64,000 nt of DNA, taken from Flaccisagitta enflata (Eukaryota). Under the pieces are notes generated by a model, which had not been told where the DNA came from, searched no databases, and saw nothing but the letters and a program-made list of their open reading frames with translations. The position numbers and the translations under genes are program-made. Below, one piece after another: positions 16,594 through 29,869 of the stretch. Location: the NCBI GenBank assembly GCA_965153355.1, contig OZ231126.1, positions 15,252,001 through 15,316,000 of the forward strand, in the 5' to 3' direction. How positions within the stretch are numbered: the first letter of the stretch is position 1; every line of letters begins with the position of its first letter.

Positions 16594-18578
16594 TCTGTAC
16601 TCTAGTGAAGAACTAACACTTATTTGTTATTTCCATAATGTTTCAAGTTTTACAATGGTGAATGTTTTTGTTGGTTTTTGTTACACTTTTAGGAGCAAAA
16701 TGAATTCCAATATGATAGTGATCCAATAATGCATTCACTTGCAGATATCAAGGGATGGACTGGATGGTTGTACTAATAGATCTACTAGAGACCAGTCAAT
16801 GCCCCTTAAAAAATGACATTCAGGAAGTTTTTTTAGGACACTGTAGAGCTGCAATATGCAAATGAAATTTAGTGACCCTTCTCAGTCTTTTGCACTGTTT
16901 TATCTGTATAATATGTCTAATAAAGAGATGGAGGGCAAATGAAAGGTGCTCTACCTCCTTATTCATCTCATTATTCAACAAGCCAGGGTGTAAAGGGCGT
17001 AGAATGGTAAAATTGGTTGTCTAATGGGAAGATTTACACCCTTTTAGAAATAGCATAATTATCTAAGGTTTTCAAAAAAGTTTTATTTACTTTTTTTTTT
17101 GTCTTAGACTGTTAGGAGCAAAATGAATTCCTATATAGTTGTGGTCCAGTTGTGGAATGACTCTTAAGCGTTGCAGATATCAAGAGATGGACTTGATTGT
17201 TAGGCTTATGGACAAATGATCTTTGAGAGACTCATCCATGCCTTTAAAAAAGGAACATTCAAGAAGTTTTTTTTCTTGGCCACTATTGAGGTGCAATATG
17301 CAAATGAGATTGACAATGACCCTTTGAAGTCTTTTCAGGTGCGCCAAAGCAACTCTATAACTAGTCTGTTGGTTGGTCCGCTGGTTGGTGTGTCTGTTGG
17401 TCGGTACCACATTTGTTCGATGATCCACACGGCGCACCTTGGCCTATTAGGCCTTTTTTACTGTTTAAGCGGCATAAAAGGTAAGAAAAATGGGTGGAAG
17501 ACATCATATGGATGGTTCTATATCTGTTAGTTCTCATTTGAAACAGGCTAGGTTGCTAATGAATCAACAGGTGTAAAGGGTATTGACAGGTTTGTGAAGA
17601 TGTCTAAAAGGAAGGGCAATGGTAATAATGAGGATATAGGGTTAGGTTACAGTGAGCCTGAGGAATTGAGTCAAAGCATAACTAAAGCAAACAAAAGGAG
17701 GTTTTGTTTTTTATGTTTTCATTTTTACAACTTATTCCATCACAGTGAATGAAATTATTAAGCCTACAGCATAGAATAGATCTTCTGACATAAAAAAATA
17801 TAGATCAAATCAATAGTTCATGCATTTCAATCAACCGTATATTTGAAGAAATAAGAAAAGAAAATTTGATAAAAAGATATAGACAGAGAGGTTTAATTGC
17901 ACTCTACAGTATGCAAATGAGATTGAATCTGACCCTATGAAAGTCTAAGTGTTAACTAGTGGAAAAATCTTGTTCTCCTCTCACAAAAAATGGCCCTAAG
18001 TTGAATCTAGCAAAAAATTTTGCCAATGGATGCAGACTTCTGTAGGCATAAGCTTTTTAATGAAGTGTATCACGCAATTAAACATTTTTGGTTTTGGAAA
18101 GCAAGTTGTTTTAAAACTACAGGTCAAGAGGCAGATTGGCTTCACCTTTTGAAATCATTTGCATATTGCAGATATTGTCTTCTCCTGATCAAAATCAGCC
18201 ACGTTTCACATATGAATTTCTTGTATTCTATTATCAATCTTGACTCTTGATGATGTCCTGTTCTCCAGTATCTATCTGTTTCATGTCTTATTCTGGTAGT
18301 AAGACACTGTCTGTTAACAAATCTCACTCATCATAGAGGAATGTTTCTGACCTTCCTCTTCAACGATCTGTTTCAGTTTTGAAGTTTTTTTGGGGATAGG
18401 AAAAAGGGGCTCATTTTCTTTTAAATGTTAAAGGATTAATATTGAAAACAAATTCTCAGTTTCAGTTCTGGCATTGATAAGGAAAAAAAGAAGCAATTAA
18501 GCCTTGGTTATGAGAGTGTTTGAGGGTTGATTTCAGGGGTAGGGTTCAGTGGTATGAGTAAGTTAAAGGTTAGGGATG

Positions 18579-18978
18579 TACCACGCGTACCAAAAAAAAA
18601 GACGCACCTTTCTTTTCATTTATAAAACAGATACAAAAAATGATCAAAATTTTTTTTATTGAGACATTTTTAAAGATTTTTAAAAAATCTTTCAATGTAG
18701 ACCAATCGAACGTCTGTATCTCAAACGGTTTAAAAGTTAGAGCCTTCCAAAGAGAAACTCTATTTTGCTAAAATGCATATTTCAAATAGAGATTGGCAAA
18801 GTTTTCATTCAAACTAATGCCATTTCCAAACAAAATAAGATAAAAATACCAGATTGAAACCATATGAAAGTATTTTCAAAGGGATTTCCAATGATTTAGA
18901 ATTTTATTAGGTTCAATTGAAATTTGTTGCCACAATAAGCTATTCAAAAGTGTGTCTTTTTTGTTGATACGCATGGTA
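18579..18978. mobile_element. TA-targeting MITE, same family as 16181
   Basis: TA|ccacgcgtacc..gacgcac ... gtgtgtc..gatacgcatgg|TA; the paralogous empty site near 5290-5310 (ctatttctaaatacatcccta) has a single TA. Confidence 0.85.
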
Positions 18979-19119
18979 CTTAGAAATAGGGATGAAGGTT
19001 GATTTACGGTTAGAGTTGGTAAGGGGTTGGTTGTCAGAATTTATTAGACAGATTGACCCACCGAGTAAAGCACCACCACTGGTCAGGCATCCAGGGTGTC
19101 TTAACTTAAGCAATTAGGA

Positions 19120-19192
<73 letters not shown>

Positions 19193-19489
19193 AAAAAGGC
19201 CTAATTTCTGGACCTTTTGTAACAAGAAAGAAGAGTCACCATGTTCCGCAAATTGACTTTAACTTATATTTTTCTCTCCACTAGCTTCGTTAATCCAACT
19301 CACAGCGATCGCGCTGAGTCAACCCAATGCAAGGCCAGGCTTTGTTATCCAAAAAAAAGGGAGGGAGAGAAAAGGAAAGGATTCATTTTGATCTTGGTAA
19401 TTCTAAGTCTGTGTGTGACATAGGTGTGCTTGGGCGTTCAGGTTTACATGCACCGTTTCATCAGAAGACCACGGGGATTGCAGTGCTTT

Positions 19490-21465
19490 CATGTCTCTTC
19501 ATGTCCCCTAATGTCTCTTAATGTCTTGGTATGTCTTTTCATGTCTCTTCATGTCTCCTCATGTCTTTTTGTATCTCCTCATGTCGTTTTATGTCTCTTT
19601 CTGTCTCTTCATGTCTTTTCATGTCTTTTTTTTTGTCTCTTCAAGTGACTTAATGTCTCCTCATTTCTTTTAATGTCTTTTCCTGTATCCTAATGTCTTT
19701 TTATGTCTGTTTATGTCTTTTCACGTCTCCTGACGTCTTTTCTTCTCTCTTCATGTTTATTCATGTCTCTTCATGTCTCTTCATGTGTTTTTTTGTCTTT
19801 ACATGTTTTTTCATGTCTTCTCATGTCTGCTCATGTGTTTTCATGTCTCCTGATGTCTTTTCATGTCTCCTCATGTCTTTTCATGTCTCCTTATTTCTCA
19901 TCATGTCTCCTCATGTCTCTTCATATCTCTCCATATCTCTACATGTCTTTTCATGTCTCCTTACGCTTTTCATGTTTCCTCATTTCTCCTCATTTCTCCT
20001 CATGTCTTTGTGTTTTTTTCATGTGTCTTCAAGTCTTTCCACGTCTCTTTATGTTGTCTCATGTCACTTCATGTCTCCTCATGTCTTTTCATGTCTCCTC
20101 AGGTCAATTCATGTCTCCTCATGTCTTTCCATGTCTTTTCATGTTTCCTGTCTTTTAATGTCTCTCTTTATGTCTCCTCATGTCTTTTCATTTCTTTTCA
20201 TGTCTCCTCATGTCTTTTCTTGTCTCTTTCTGTCTTTTCATATCTTTTCTTGTTTCTTCATGTCTCCACATGTCTCTTTATGTCTTTTCATTTCCATTTA
20301 TGTCTTTTCATGTCTTTTCATGTCTTTTCCGGTCTTTTCATATCTTTTCCTGTCTTTTTATGTCTCTTTATGTCTCTTCATGTCCCCTCATGTCTTTTCA
20401 TGTCTCTTCCTCTTTATTCATGTCTCTTCATGTCTCTTCTTGTCTGACATGGGGAGACATGAAAAGACATGAAAAGACATGAGGCAACATGAAGAAAGAT
20501 GAAGAGACATGAGAAGACATGAAGAGACACAAAAAAGCATGAAGAGACATTAAGAGACAAAAAAAACCTGATGAGACTTTAGAAAACATGAAGAGACATG
20601 AAGAGACATGAATATACATGGAAATACATAAGGAGACAGGAAAGGACATGAAAAAAAATGAGGAGACATGAAGAGACATAAAAACATATAAAGTGACATA
20701 AGCACACATGAAAAGACATGAAAAGACATAAAAAGACACAGAGAGACATGAAAAGACATGAAGAGATATAGAGACATGAAGAGACATGAGGAGACATGAG
20801 GAGACATGAAGAGACATAAAAGGACATGGAGAGAAATGGGGATACATAAACAGAAAAAAAAGACATGAAAAGACAAGAGGGGCATGAAGAAAAATGAGGA
20901 GACATGAAGAGACATGAAAAGACATGAAGAGGCATGAGGAGACATTTAAAGACATAAAGAGATATGAGGAGACATGAAGAGAGATGAGAAGACATGAAAA
21001 GACATAAAAAGACATGAAGGGACATAAAAAGACATGAGGCGACGTGAAGAGACATGAGAAGACATGAAGAGAAATAAAAGGAATGAAGAGACAAAGAGAA
21101 AAAAAAACATGAAGAGACACGAGAAGACATGAGAAGACATGAGGAAACATGATGAGATAAGAAGAAACATAAAGTGACACAAAAAGACACTAGCAGACAG
21201 GAAAGGACTTAAAAAGAAATAAGGAGACATGAAGAGACATGAGGAAACATGAAGAGACATGAAAACACATGTAGAGACATGCAAAGACAGAAACAGACAT
21301 GAGAAGACAGGAGACATGAAATAACATGAAAAGACATGAGGAGACATGAAGAGACATGAGGAGCAAAGAAGAGTCAAGAGTAGACATGAAGTGACATAAG
21401 ATGACATGAAGAGACAAGAAAAGACATGAAGAGACATGAAAAAACATGAAGAGACATGAAAAAAC
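19490..21465. repeat. 10-bp satellite (CATGTCTYYT)n switching to its reverse complement at 20445
   Basis: catgtctctt/catgtctttt/catgtctcct repeats up to tgtc-t-gaca (20441-20449), then aagagacatg repeats. Confidence 0.95.
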
Positions 21466-21629
21466 ACTTTACTTTACTTTCATTACTTTTCTTTACTTTA
21501 CATTTTACATGGAATAAAACTGTGATCCCCTTCTCTTACAATCTTATGTCTTCTGATGAAACGGTGCATGTAAAACTGCACACCCAAATGCACCTAGGCT
21601 ATACACAGTCTTTGAATTTCCAAGATCAA

Positions 21630-21715
21630 AATGATTCTTTTTCTTTTTCTCTCCCTCTCTCTTTCTTGTATTGGATTCCAAAGCCTGACCTTGCATGATG
21701 GCTGGGTAGATTCAG

Positions 21716-21774
<59 letters not shown>

Positions 21775-21787
21775 TCTCACTCTCTCA

Positions 21788-21874
<87 letters not shown>

Positions 21875-24800
21875 TATCGTTTAAGTTAAAACACGCTGGG
21901 TACCTGACCAGTGGTGGTGCCTTACTTGGTGGGTCAATCTGTCAAATTATTTCTGACAACCAACCCCTTACCAGCTCTTGCCTTAAATAAACCTTCCTTC
22001 TTAACTCATCCCTACCCCTTTGACTCACTCTTTCCCTGGGACTAAACCTTACCCTGAAATCAACCTTCAAACACTCAAAACCTAAGCTTGATTACTTATC
22101 AATGCCTGAACTGAAACTGAGAATTTGTTTTCATTGTTAACCCTTTGACATTTAAAACAAAATAAGGCCCTTTTTTTCCTATCCCCAAAGAAACCTATTT
22201 TTTGGAACAGATTGTTTAAGAGGAAGGTCAGAAACATTCCTTTAGGATGAATGAGATTTTTAACAGACAGTGTCTTACTACCAGAACAAGACATGAAACA
22301 GAAAGATACTGGAGAACGGGACATCATCAAGAGTCACGATTGATTAAAGAATACAAAAAATTCATATATGAAACATGGCTGACGATTTTGATCAGGAGAA
22401 GACTATATCTGCAATATGCAAATGATTTCATGGTTTTCTAACGGTGTAGCCAATCTCCCTCTTGACCTGTTGTTTTACTATAACTTGCTTTCCAAAACCA
22501 AAAATGTTTGATTGTTTGATACACTTCATCAAAAGATTCTGCCTACCGAGTTCTCTATCCGTTGACTAAAATTTTGGCTAAATCCAAGTCAAGGCCATTT
22601 TTGTAAGAGGAGAACAAGATTTTTCCACTTTCATAGGGTCAGATTCAATCTCATTTGCATATTGTAGAGTGCAATTGAACCTCACTGTCTGTATCTTTTA
22701 ATCAAATAATCTTTTCTTATTACATCAAAAATGCAGTTGATTGAAATACATGCACTATTGATTTGATCTATACTTTGTTCATGTCAGAAGATATCTTTTA
22801 GGATGTAGGTTTGATAGTTTCATTCACAGTGATGTGAAAAGTAATGTAAAAATGAAATCATCCAAGGCATATTCAGCCGCTGGCTGCTCTTATCATTCAT
22901 TGTCTCAATTAATGGGGCTCGCTGCAACTTAACCTGATGTCCTCAGTAATATCTTTACCCTTCCTTTAAGACATCTTCACTAACCTGTCAATACACTTTT
23001 GACCTGTTTATTCATGAGCAACCTTGCCTGTTTCAAATGAGAACCATCTATTTGTCTTCCACCCGTTTTACCGACCTTTGATAGAGCTAAAGCAGTAAAC
23101 AAAGCCATGTGGGTCAATAGGGTGTGCCATGTGGATCATCGAACAAATGCATTACCGACCAACAGACAGACTAACCGACCAACCAACTGACACAGCCAGT
23201 TATAAAGGTGCTTAGGGACACCTGAAAAGACTTAGAAGAGACAATCTCATTTGCATATTGCAGCTCTATAGTGACCTTGAAAAAAACTTCCTGAATGTTC
23301 TGTTTTTAAGGCATGGATGGGTCTCTTGAAGATCATTGGTTCATTAGTCTAACAATCAAGTCCATCTCTTGATATCTGCAACCCTTAAGAGTCATTCCAT
23401 AATTGGTCCACTATCATTTTGGAATTTATTTTGCTCCTTACAGTCTAACAAAGGCCAAAAAGAAAGCAAACAATACTCTTTTCAGAAACCTTGAATAATA
23501 CTGTCATTTCTGGAAGAGTTTACTTAGTTCTTCCCTTTAGACAACCAAATATACCAGTCTTCGCCCTTTACACCCATTGACTCACAAGCAATCTGGCTAG
23601 TTGAATAAAGGGATAGAATAAGGAGATAGAGCACTTTTCATTTGCCTTCCAACCCTTTACTAAACGCATTATGCAGCTAACATAGTACAAAAGACTAAGA
23701 AGGGTCACTCAATCACATTTGCATATTGCAGCTCTACAGTGACCTAAAAAAACATACTGAATGTCAATTTTTTCAGGGGCCTGATTGGTCTCTAATATTT
23801 CTATAAGTCCAACCGTCAAGTCCATTTCTTGATATCTGCAAGTGAATGCATAATTGCTCTACTTCTTCACTTGATCACTCCGAGCAAGGCATCGGGTACT
23901 GCTGACCATGTGAAATCCAATGACTTGTTTCAACCTAATATGCAGCCAAAACAGTATGAAAGACTGAGAAGGGACTTTGTCATTCTGATTTGCATATTGC
24001 AGCTCTATAGTGACCTTTAATAAACTGCCTAATGTCCTTTTTTTCTCAGGTGCATAGGTCTAACAGTCAAGTCCATTATTAGATATCTGCAAAGCCTTAA
24101 AGCCTTGACTACTACCATATTGGTATTCATTTTGCCCCTTACAATCTAACAAACACCTAAAAAACTCATTCACCTTTGGAAAACATAGAAAGTTTGGCAT
24201 TTTTGAAAAAGTGTTAGTTTAGCTTAGTTCTTCTCTCCAGTTATCCTTACAAGCCAATCTATGCACTTTACATCTGTTGGTTCACAAGCCATTGGGCCAG
24301 TTTTTAGTGAGAATCAAGGGGTAGAGAACTGTCTACTTGTTTACCACCCTTTTTAGTCACTTGCACGCGACTCTGCAACCCGCTTTGTCCGTCTGTTGGT
24401 CCGTTGGTCGGTCCGTCTGTCACGCTTAGCTTTTTTTGCCGCCCCTGCCCACCCGACTAAGGTAGCTGTGTATCCGGCCTTGTTTTCAACCTACTTAGCA
24501 GCTTAAACAGTATGAAACACTGAGGATGGACACTGTCAATCTTATTTGCATATTGCAGCTCTATAGTAACCTAAACACAAACTTCCTGCATTTCATTTTT
24601 TTCAGGTGCGTAAATCGGTATATTGTAGATCATTAGTCCATTAGTCTAACAGTCCAGTCCATTTCTTGGAATCTGCAATGCATTAGAGCAATACCATAAT
24701 TTGATCACTATTGTATTTCAATTCATTTTGCTCTTTACAGTCTTATAAAGACCTAAAAATTCAATCATGGTTGTATACTTCACAAACTCTTGGCATGTGC

Positions 24801-27800
24801 AAGAAGATGAAAAATAAGTGGCAACCTTCCCCTTAGTTCTGTCAAAACCTGTCACACTGATTGACTCACGAGTCAAGAGCAATCTGTTTGGGTTTTAAGA
24901 GACTTACAGGAGGTGATCCATCCAGTTGTCTTCCACCCTTATTTTCAACTTTTTATGCAGCTAAAACCTTCAGTAGGGACTCTGTCAATCTCATTTGCAT
25001 ATTGCAGCTCTTTAGTGACCTAATAAATACTTCCTGAATGTCAATTTTTGCAGGGGTATTGATTGGTCTCTGGTAGATCATTGGTTGCAGGGGCATTGAT
25101 TGGTCTCTGGTTGATCATTGGTATATTAGTCTAACTAATACACTAGTCCATCTCTTGATTTTAGCAATGCCTAATAATCATTCCAAAGTTTTTTATCATT
25201 TTCATTTTGAAATTTGCTTCTCTGTTAACAGCCTTACAGACACCAAAGAAAAAACTTCCGTCCTTGCTGACCTTCAATAATTATGACATGTAGTAAAAGC
25301 AATCTGGCAAATTGTATCTGAAAATTAGAGGGAGGGGGAGAGAACCATCCATTTGTCTCCTACCCCTTTTTGGGCACCGGCCCCGAAGGGGACGAAGTCC
25401 TGTAGAACACAGGGGGACTTTCGTTTGTCCGTCCGTTCATCCGTTTGTCCGTTCGTCCGTTAGTCCCCCCCCTCATCAGACCCCTCAGACCTCAAATCCA
25501 GCCTCTCAGGCCTCAAATCTGGCCTCTCGGGCCTCAAATTTGGCCTCTCAGGCCTCAAATCTGGCCTCTCAGGCCTCAAATCTGGCCTCTCAGGCCTCAA
25601 ATCCAAATTCTCAGGCCTCAAACCTGGCCTCTTATACCTCAAATTAGGCCTCTCAGGCCTCAAATCAGCCATCTAAACCTCAATTTATTGCTCTCAGGCT
25701 TCAAATCAGTCCTCTGGCCTTTCAAGCCTTAATCCAGCTCTCTCAAGCTTCAAGTCAGCTCTCTAAAGCTTCCAATCGGCATTCTCAAGCCTTAAATCAG
25801 CCTTCTTAAACCTCAGTTTAGGCTCTTGAATACCTTCAGTCAGCTCTCTATAGCATCTCATCAACTTCTTCAGGTAGGACGAACGAAAGTCCCCCTGTGT
25901 TCTACAGGACTTCGTCCCCTTCGGGGCCGCTGCCCTGCTTCCCCTCAATCCATTTCACAATCATTCAAAGCAGGGCAACGGGTATCGCTGACCACATATT
26001 GCCCTTGGGCGACCTGTTTCAATGATTATGCGGCCAAAACAGTACAAAAGACTAAGAAGGGAAACTCAATCTTATTTGCATATTGCAGCTCTTTAGTGAC
26101 CTTAGTAAAACTTCCTGAATGTCATTTATTTCAGGTGCATAGGTCGGCCTTTAGTAGATCATTAATCCATCAGTCTAGCAATCAAGTCCATTTATTGATA
26201 TTTGCAATGCCTTAGAGCCATTCCAGGATTTGATCAATGTCATATCGGAATTCATTTTGCTCCTTACAGTCTAACAAACTATTAAAAAACCATTTCTTAG
26301 AAAACCATAAAAGTCATTAAACATTCAACCTTCTATTGAGATTTATGTTCAACCATGGTCTTTTTTTACAGGTCGGTCAGTTCCCAATGCACCTATCGAC
26401 CCCTGCTTGGACGAAAAAAGGGGGGTTGATCCTCCGTGTCTTTACACAGAAGCCAAGATTTTTTGTTTCTCAAGGTCAGAATCCCAATATTGAGGCCCAG
26501 GTCCTATCCTCAGGGCCCAAATCCCAGCCTTGAGGACCAAATTCCAGCCTTGAAGGCCCAAATTCAGCCTTGAAGGCCGAAATCCAGCCTTGCCACCCAA
26601 ATCTCAGTCCAAAGACCCAAATCCCAAAGTCTGGAAAGAGAAGGAGAAAATTCCCCACATGAGTGAAAGCACAGGTCATCAAGCCCTTTGGGGCCGCTGC
26701 CCTGCTCCCGCCCTCAACTTCAATCACAACCTACTTGGGCAGGGCACAAGTACTGCTGACCATCAAACCCTTTTGCTACTATTCATACCTATAATGCAGC
26801 TAAAACAGACACTCAATTTAATTTGCATATTGCAGCTCTATTGTGACCTTAAAAACTGCCTGAATGAGATTTTTTTCAGATGCAATGATTGTTCTTTTAT
26901 AGATCATTGTCCATGAGTCTAATAGTCATGTCCATCTGTTTATAACTGCAATGCCTTGGAGCCATACCATAATTTGACAACTATCATATTGGAATCCATA
27001 TTGCTCCTTACAATCTAAGAAAAGCTTTTCATTGCTCTCCTCGACAAATTCTGATATCATATTCAGATGTTCTGTTTTTATTAAATTTCCGTTCAGACGC
27101 CATTACAAACTAGTATCCATTGACTCTTAATCAACTTGGCTGGTTTCAAAGGAGCACCAATGGACAGAAAACCATCCACGTGTCTTCTACCGTTTTTTTC
27201 TACCTCTTATGCAGCTAAAACAGTATGAATGACTGAGAAGGGACATTGCCAATCTCATTTGCATATTGCAGCTTTACTGTGACCTTAGAAAAACTTCCCG
27301 AAAGTCTTTTTTTCAGGTTCAGGTTTTCAGGTCTCTAGTACATCATTGGTCGATTAGTCTAACAGTCAAGTCCATGTCAGTTTATCTGCAATGACTAAAG
27401 AATCATTTCATGTTTGGACCAGTCTTATTGGAATTCATTTTGCTCCTAACAGTCTTATAAAGGCCAAAAAAATGACAGTCACTTTTGCCAATATGGAGAA
27501 ATTGTAGCACTCACTGATTGATAAACTTTGTTCCTTGGAGGTACTTCCTCCTGTCAGACAACTTTAGAAACCAATCTGCGCCTTCTACACCTTTTGACTC
27601 ACTAGCAATCTTGCCAGTTATCAGTGCGCAATAAGAGATGGAGGACCATGCTTTTGTCTTCCACCCTTTTTTTCAACCTATCACACAGCTTTAACAGTAT
27701 GAAAGACTGATAAGGGACACTGTCAATCTCATTTGCATTTTGCCGCTCTATAGTGACCAAAACAAATTTCCTGAATATCTTTTTTTTCAGGTGTAGTGAA

Positions 27801-28450
27801 TCAGTCGTTTGTAGATCATTGGTCCATAAGTCTAACAGTCAAGTTCATTTACTGTTATCTCATGATTCTGCTAGCCTTCAATAATTATGGTATTTAAAAG
27901 AATATGTCATGTTAATGATGTTCTTCCAATCAAAAACTTTTATTAACGAGTTGATGCCCTTTACTCCCATTGATTCACAAGAAATTTGGCTGGCATTTTA
28001 TAAAACGTGAGAGAGGACTATCCATTGGGCTTTCACTCCATTTTTCAACATATTATGAAGCTCAAACAGTATGAAAGATTTAGAAGGGTCACTGTCAATC
28101 TCATTTGCATATTGCAGCTTTACAGTGACCTACGAAAATGTCCTGAATGTGTTTTTTTCAGTTGCATGGGTCTCTCGTATATCTTTGGTCCATAAGTTCA
28201 ACAGTGAAGTCCATCTTTTGGTAACAGCAACGCCTTAGAACCACTCTATAACTTAACCACTATTTTGTGGGTATTGATTTGGCTTCTTAATGTCTTAAAA
28301 ATGAGTATTGGTTTTTAATCTCAACATAAGTACATTTACCCTTACAAAATGACTTTGTCACATGATCGGAGGGCAACAATACTCAGAGTGATCATCAGAT
28401 CATTCCATATATTCTCCTCCAGTCAATGATGGGTGGGCAGGAAGGAAGAA
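21630..28450 (+). repeat. Module copy 3 (direct to copy 1; its proximal part is the right arm of the palindrome)
   Basis: Colinear similarity to 3800-12000; ~440-470-bp unit spacing between motif copies (23249/23717, 24544/24993, 26821/27257/27731). Confidence 0.85.
25367..26018. mobile_element. Family A element
   Basis: Same inverted ends, 21-bp repeats and tail (ccatattgcccttgggcgacctgtt) as 477-1073. Confidence 0.75.
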
Positions 28451-29558
28451 AAGAACTAAAATTTCAAACCAATGTTTCCGGCCTTGTATTATTCAAATCC
28501 CAGACTTTTGAGTTGTAAGTTTTTTAGCTGTCTCTATTTCACTTCCACATCTAATTTGCATATTGTTGTCAGTTGATTAGCTCACTGTAATGAAAGTCCT
28601 TGAAATATTTATCTTTTTTTAAGAGGAAAAATTTTTAGAAAATATTATTCTATACCTATTTATGGCAAGATGAAACGACAGCATATACTTGTCTTTGAGT
28701 TGAGGTAATTTTCAGCAAATGATGAAATTTGTGTTGCTTGCCCAGGGTCTTAAATTCAAACAATATGATTTTTCCAATTTCACTCCTTTTACTGTTTGTT
28801 TCCATCAAAAGGGTGAAAATTTACAGTCCAAATCAAAGAGTATTCAAAGTTAGAAGAGAATGATAAACTTCTAAAATAAAAAAAAACTGATGAATGATTT
28901 TTCCAATAAAAAAATTGAGAATTTGAAAATAAAGAGAACTTGTGTGTCTTGGAAGGGCTTGGCTATGCATCAGAAAAATTAAGTTGCTAGGTTTGCTCTG
29001 GTTAAGCTTGGCTTGTCTTGGCTTGGCTTGGCTTGGCTTGGCTTGGCTTGGCTTGGCATAAGTAAGTCTGTGTGGCTTTTGGGGTCTAGCTTAGCTTCAT
29101 CTGGACTGGCTTGACTTGGCATTGCTTGGCTTGGTTTATGTTTCCTTCCTCTGGCATTGAACCAAAGACTGAGACTAGTCTGAGACTAGACTGTTACAAG
29201 TTTGGTCTCTGAGATTTGAATTTCCAAAACATCTTCCTCCTCATCAATGAACTCCTTTCCAGCTGCTTCCCATCTCCTACAAGTAGGAAGCCTTTTGTTT
29301 TTACATAGCAGTACTTCATAAAATAGTTTACCCCAATATCACAAAGGCAGCACTTAACAGGTATATGGCTCTTTTGTCCCGATTTTTGCTGAAAATTTAC
29401 ATAGGGAGGGTTGTTTATTTTGATTTACTGGGATGTCAACAATAAAAAAGTCAAAAATCTTACATCAAAATGTTGGGCAAGTCGAGCTCTATCTATTGGT
29501 ACCATTTTGATGGCTATGTCTGCTTCATAGCAAACAATTTCAATCATTGAAGAGGAAA

Positions 29559-29869
29559 CGTTTTTCATAGGGACCCGTTAACATCTGTCATTGAAAATAA
29601 ATCCTAGAGTTTTTGTTGAAATGCAAAGAAACTTCAAGAAGATAAAGACATCTCCTTTCTAAGGAAATGGGGAAAAATTGATTTTAATTAAAAATGGGTT
29701 TTCTTTCAATATTTTGTTTTTCCCTCACCTTTTCTATATCATGATCTGAGCTTTGACATGCAAAAACCGTCACATGTTACCAATATTCACTGAAAATTTC
29801 ATGACTTTTTTCCTGGTGGTTTAGGAGCTATAAAGGTTTTGCATTTCACAGTCCGATCCAAAGACGGTG
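29559..29869 (-). mobile_element. Right TIR of the TA-flanked element; partner at 12337-12624
   Basis: Reverse complement of 12337-12624, followed by TA at 29870-29871. Confidence 0.8.

Larger units (their letters stand above)
15405..19470 (-). repeat. Module copy 2 (inverted); left arm of the giant palindrome
   Basis: Reverse complement of 21548-24510 (e.g. 19441 ggtttacatgcaccgtttcatcagaagac vs 21548 gtcttctgatgaaacggtgcatgtaaaac; 19070 caccaccactggtcagg vs 21903). Confidence 0.85.

Noticed and set aside
19490-21465. Satellite as a p53 response-element array (CATG core, 10-bp period)
   Set aside because: Units match only part of RRRCWWGYYY (AGACATG followed by purines); no supporting evidence.
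19693-21467. ORFs up to 259 aa rich in MSLHVSSCLF
   Set aside because: Artefacts of the stop-poor 10-bp satellite, mirrored on both arms.
6264-22830. Canonical RSS (isolated CACAGTG/CACTGTG at ~6264, 17741, 22824)
   Set aside because: No ACAAAAACC nonamer at 12 or 23 bp; the three hits are one paralogous site.
6700-28130. CRISPR-like array
   Set aside because: Eukaryotic context; the sequences between motifs are ~400 bp and homologous to one another; no cas genes.
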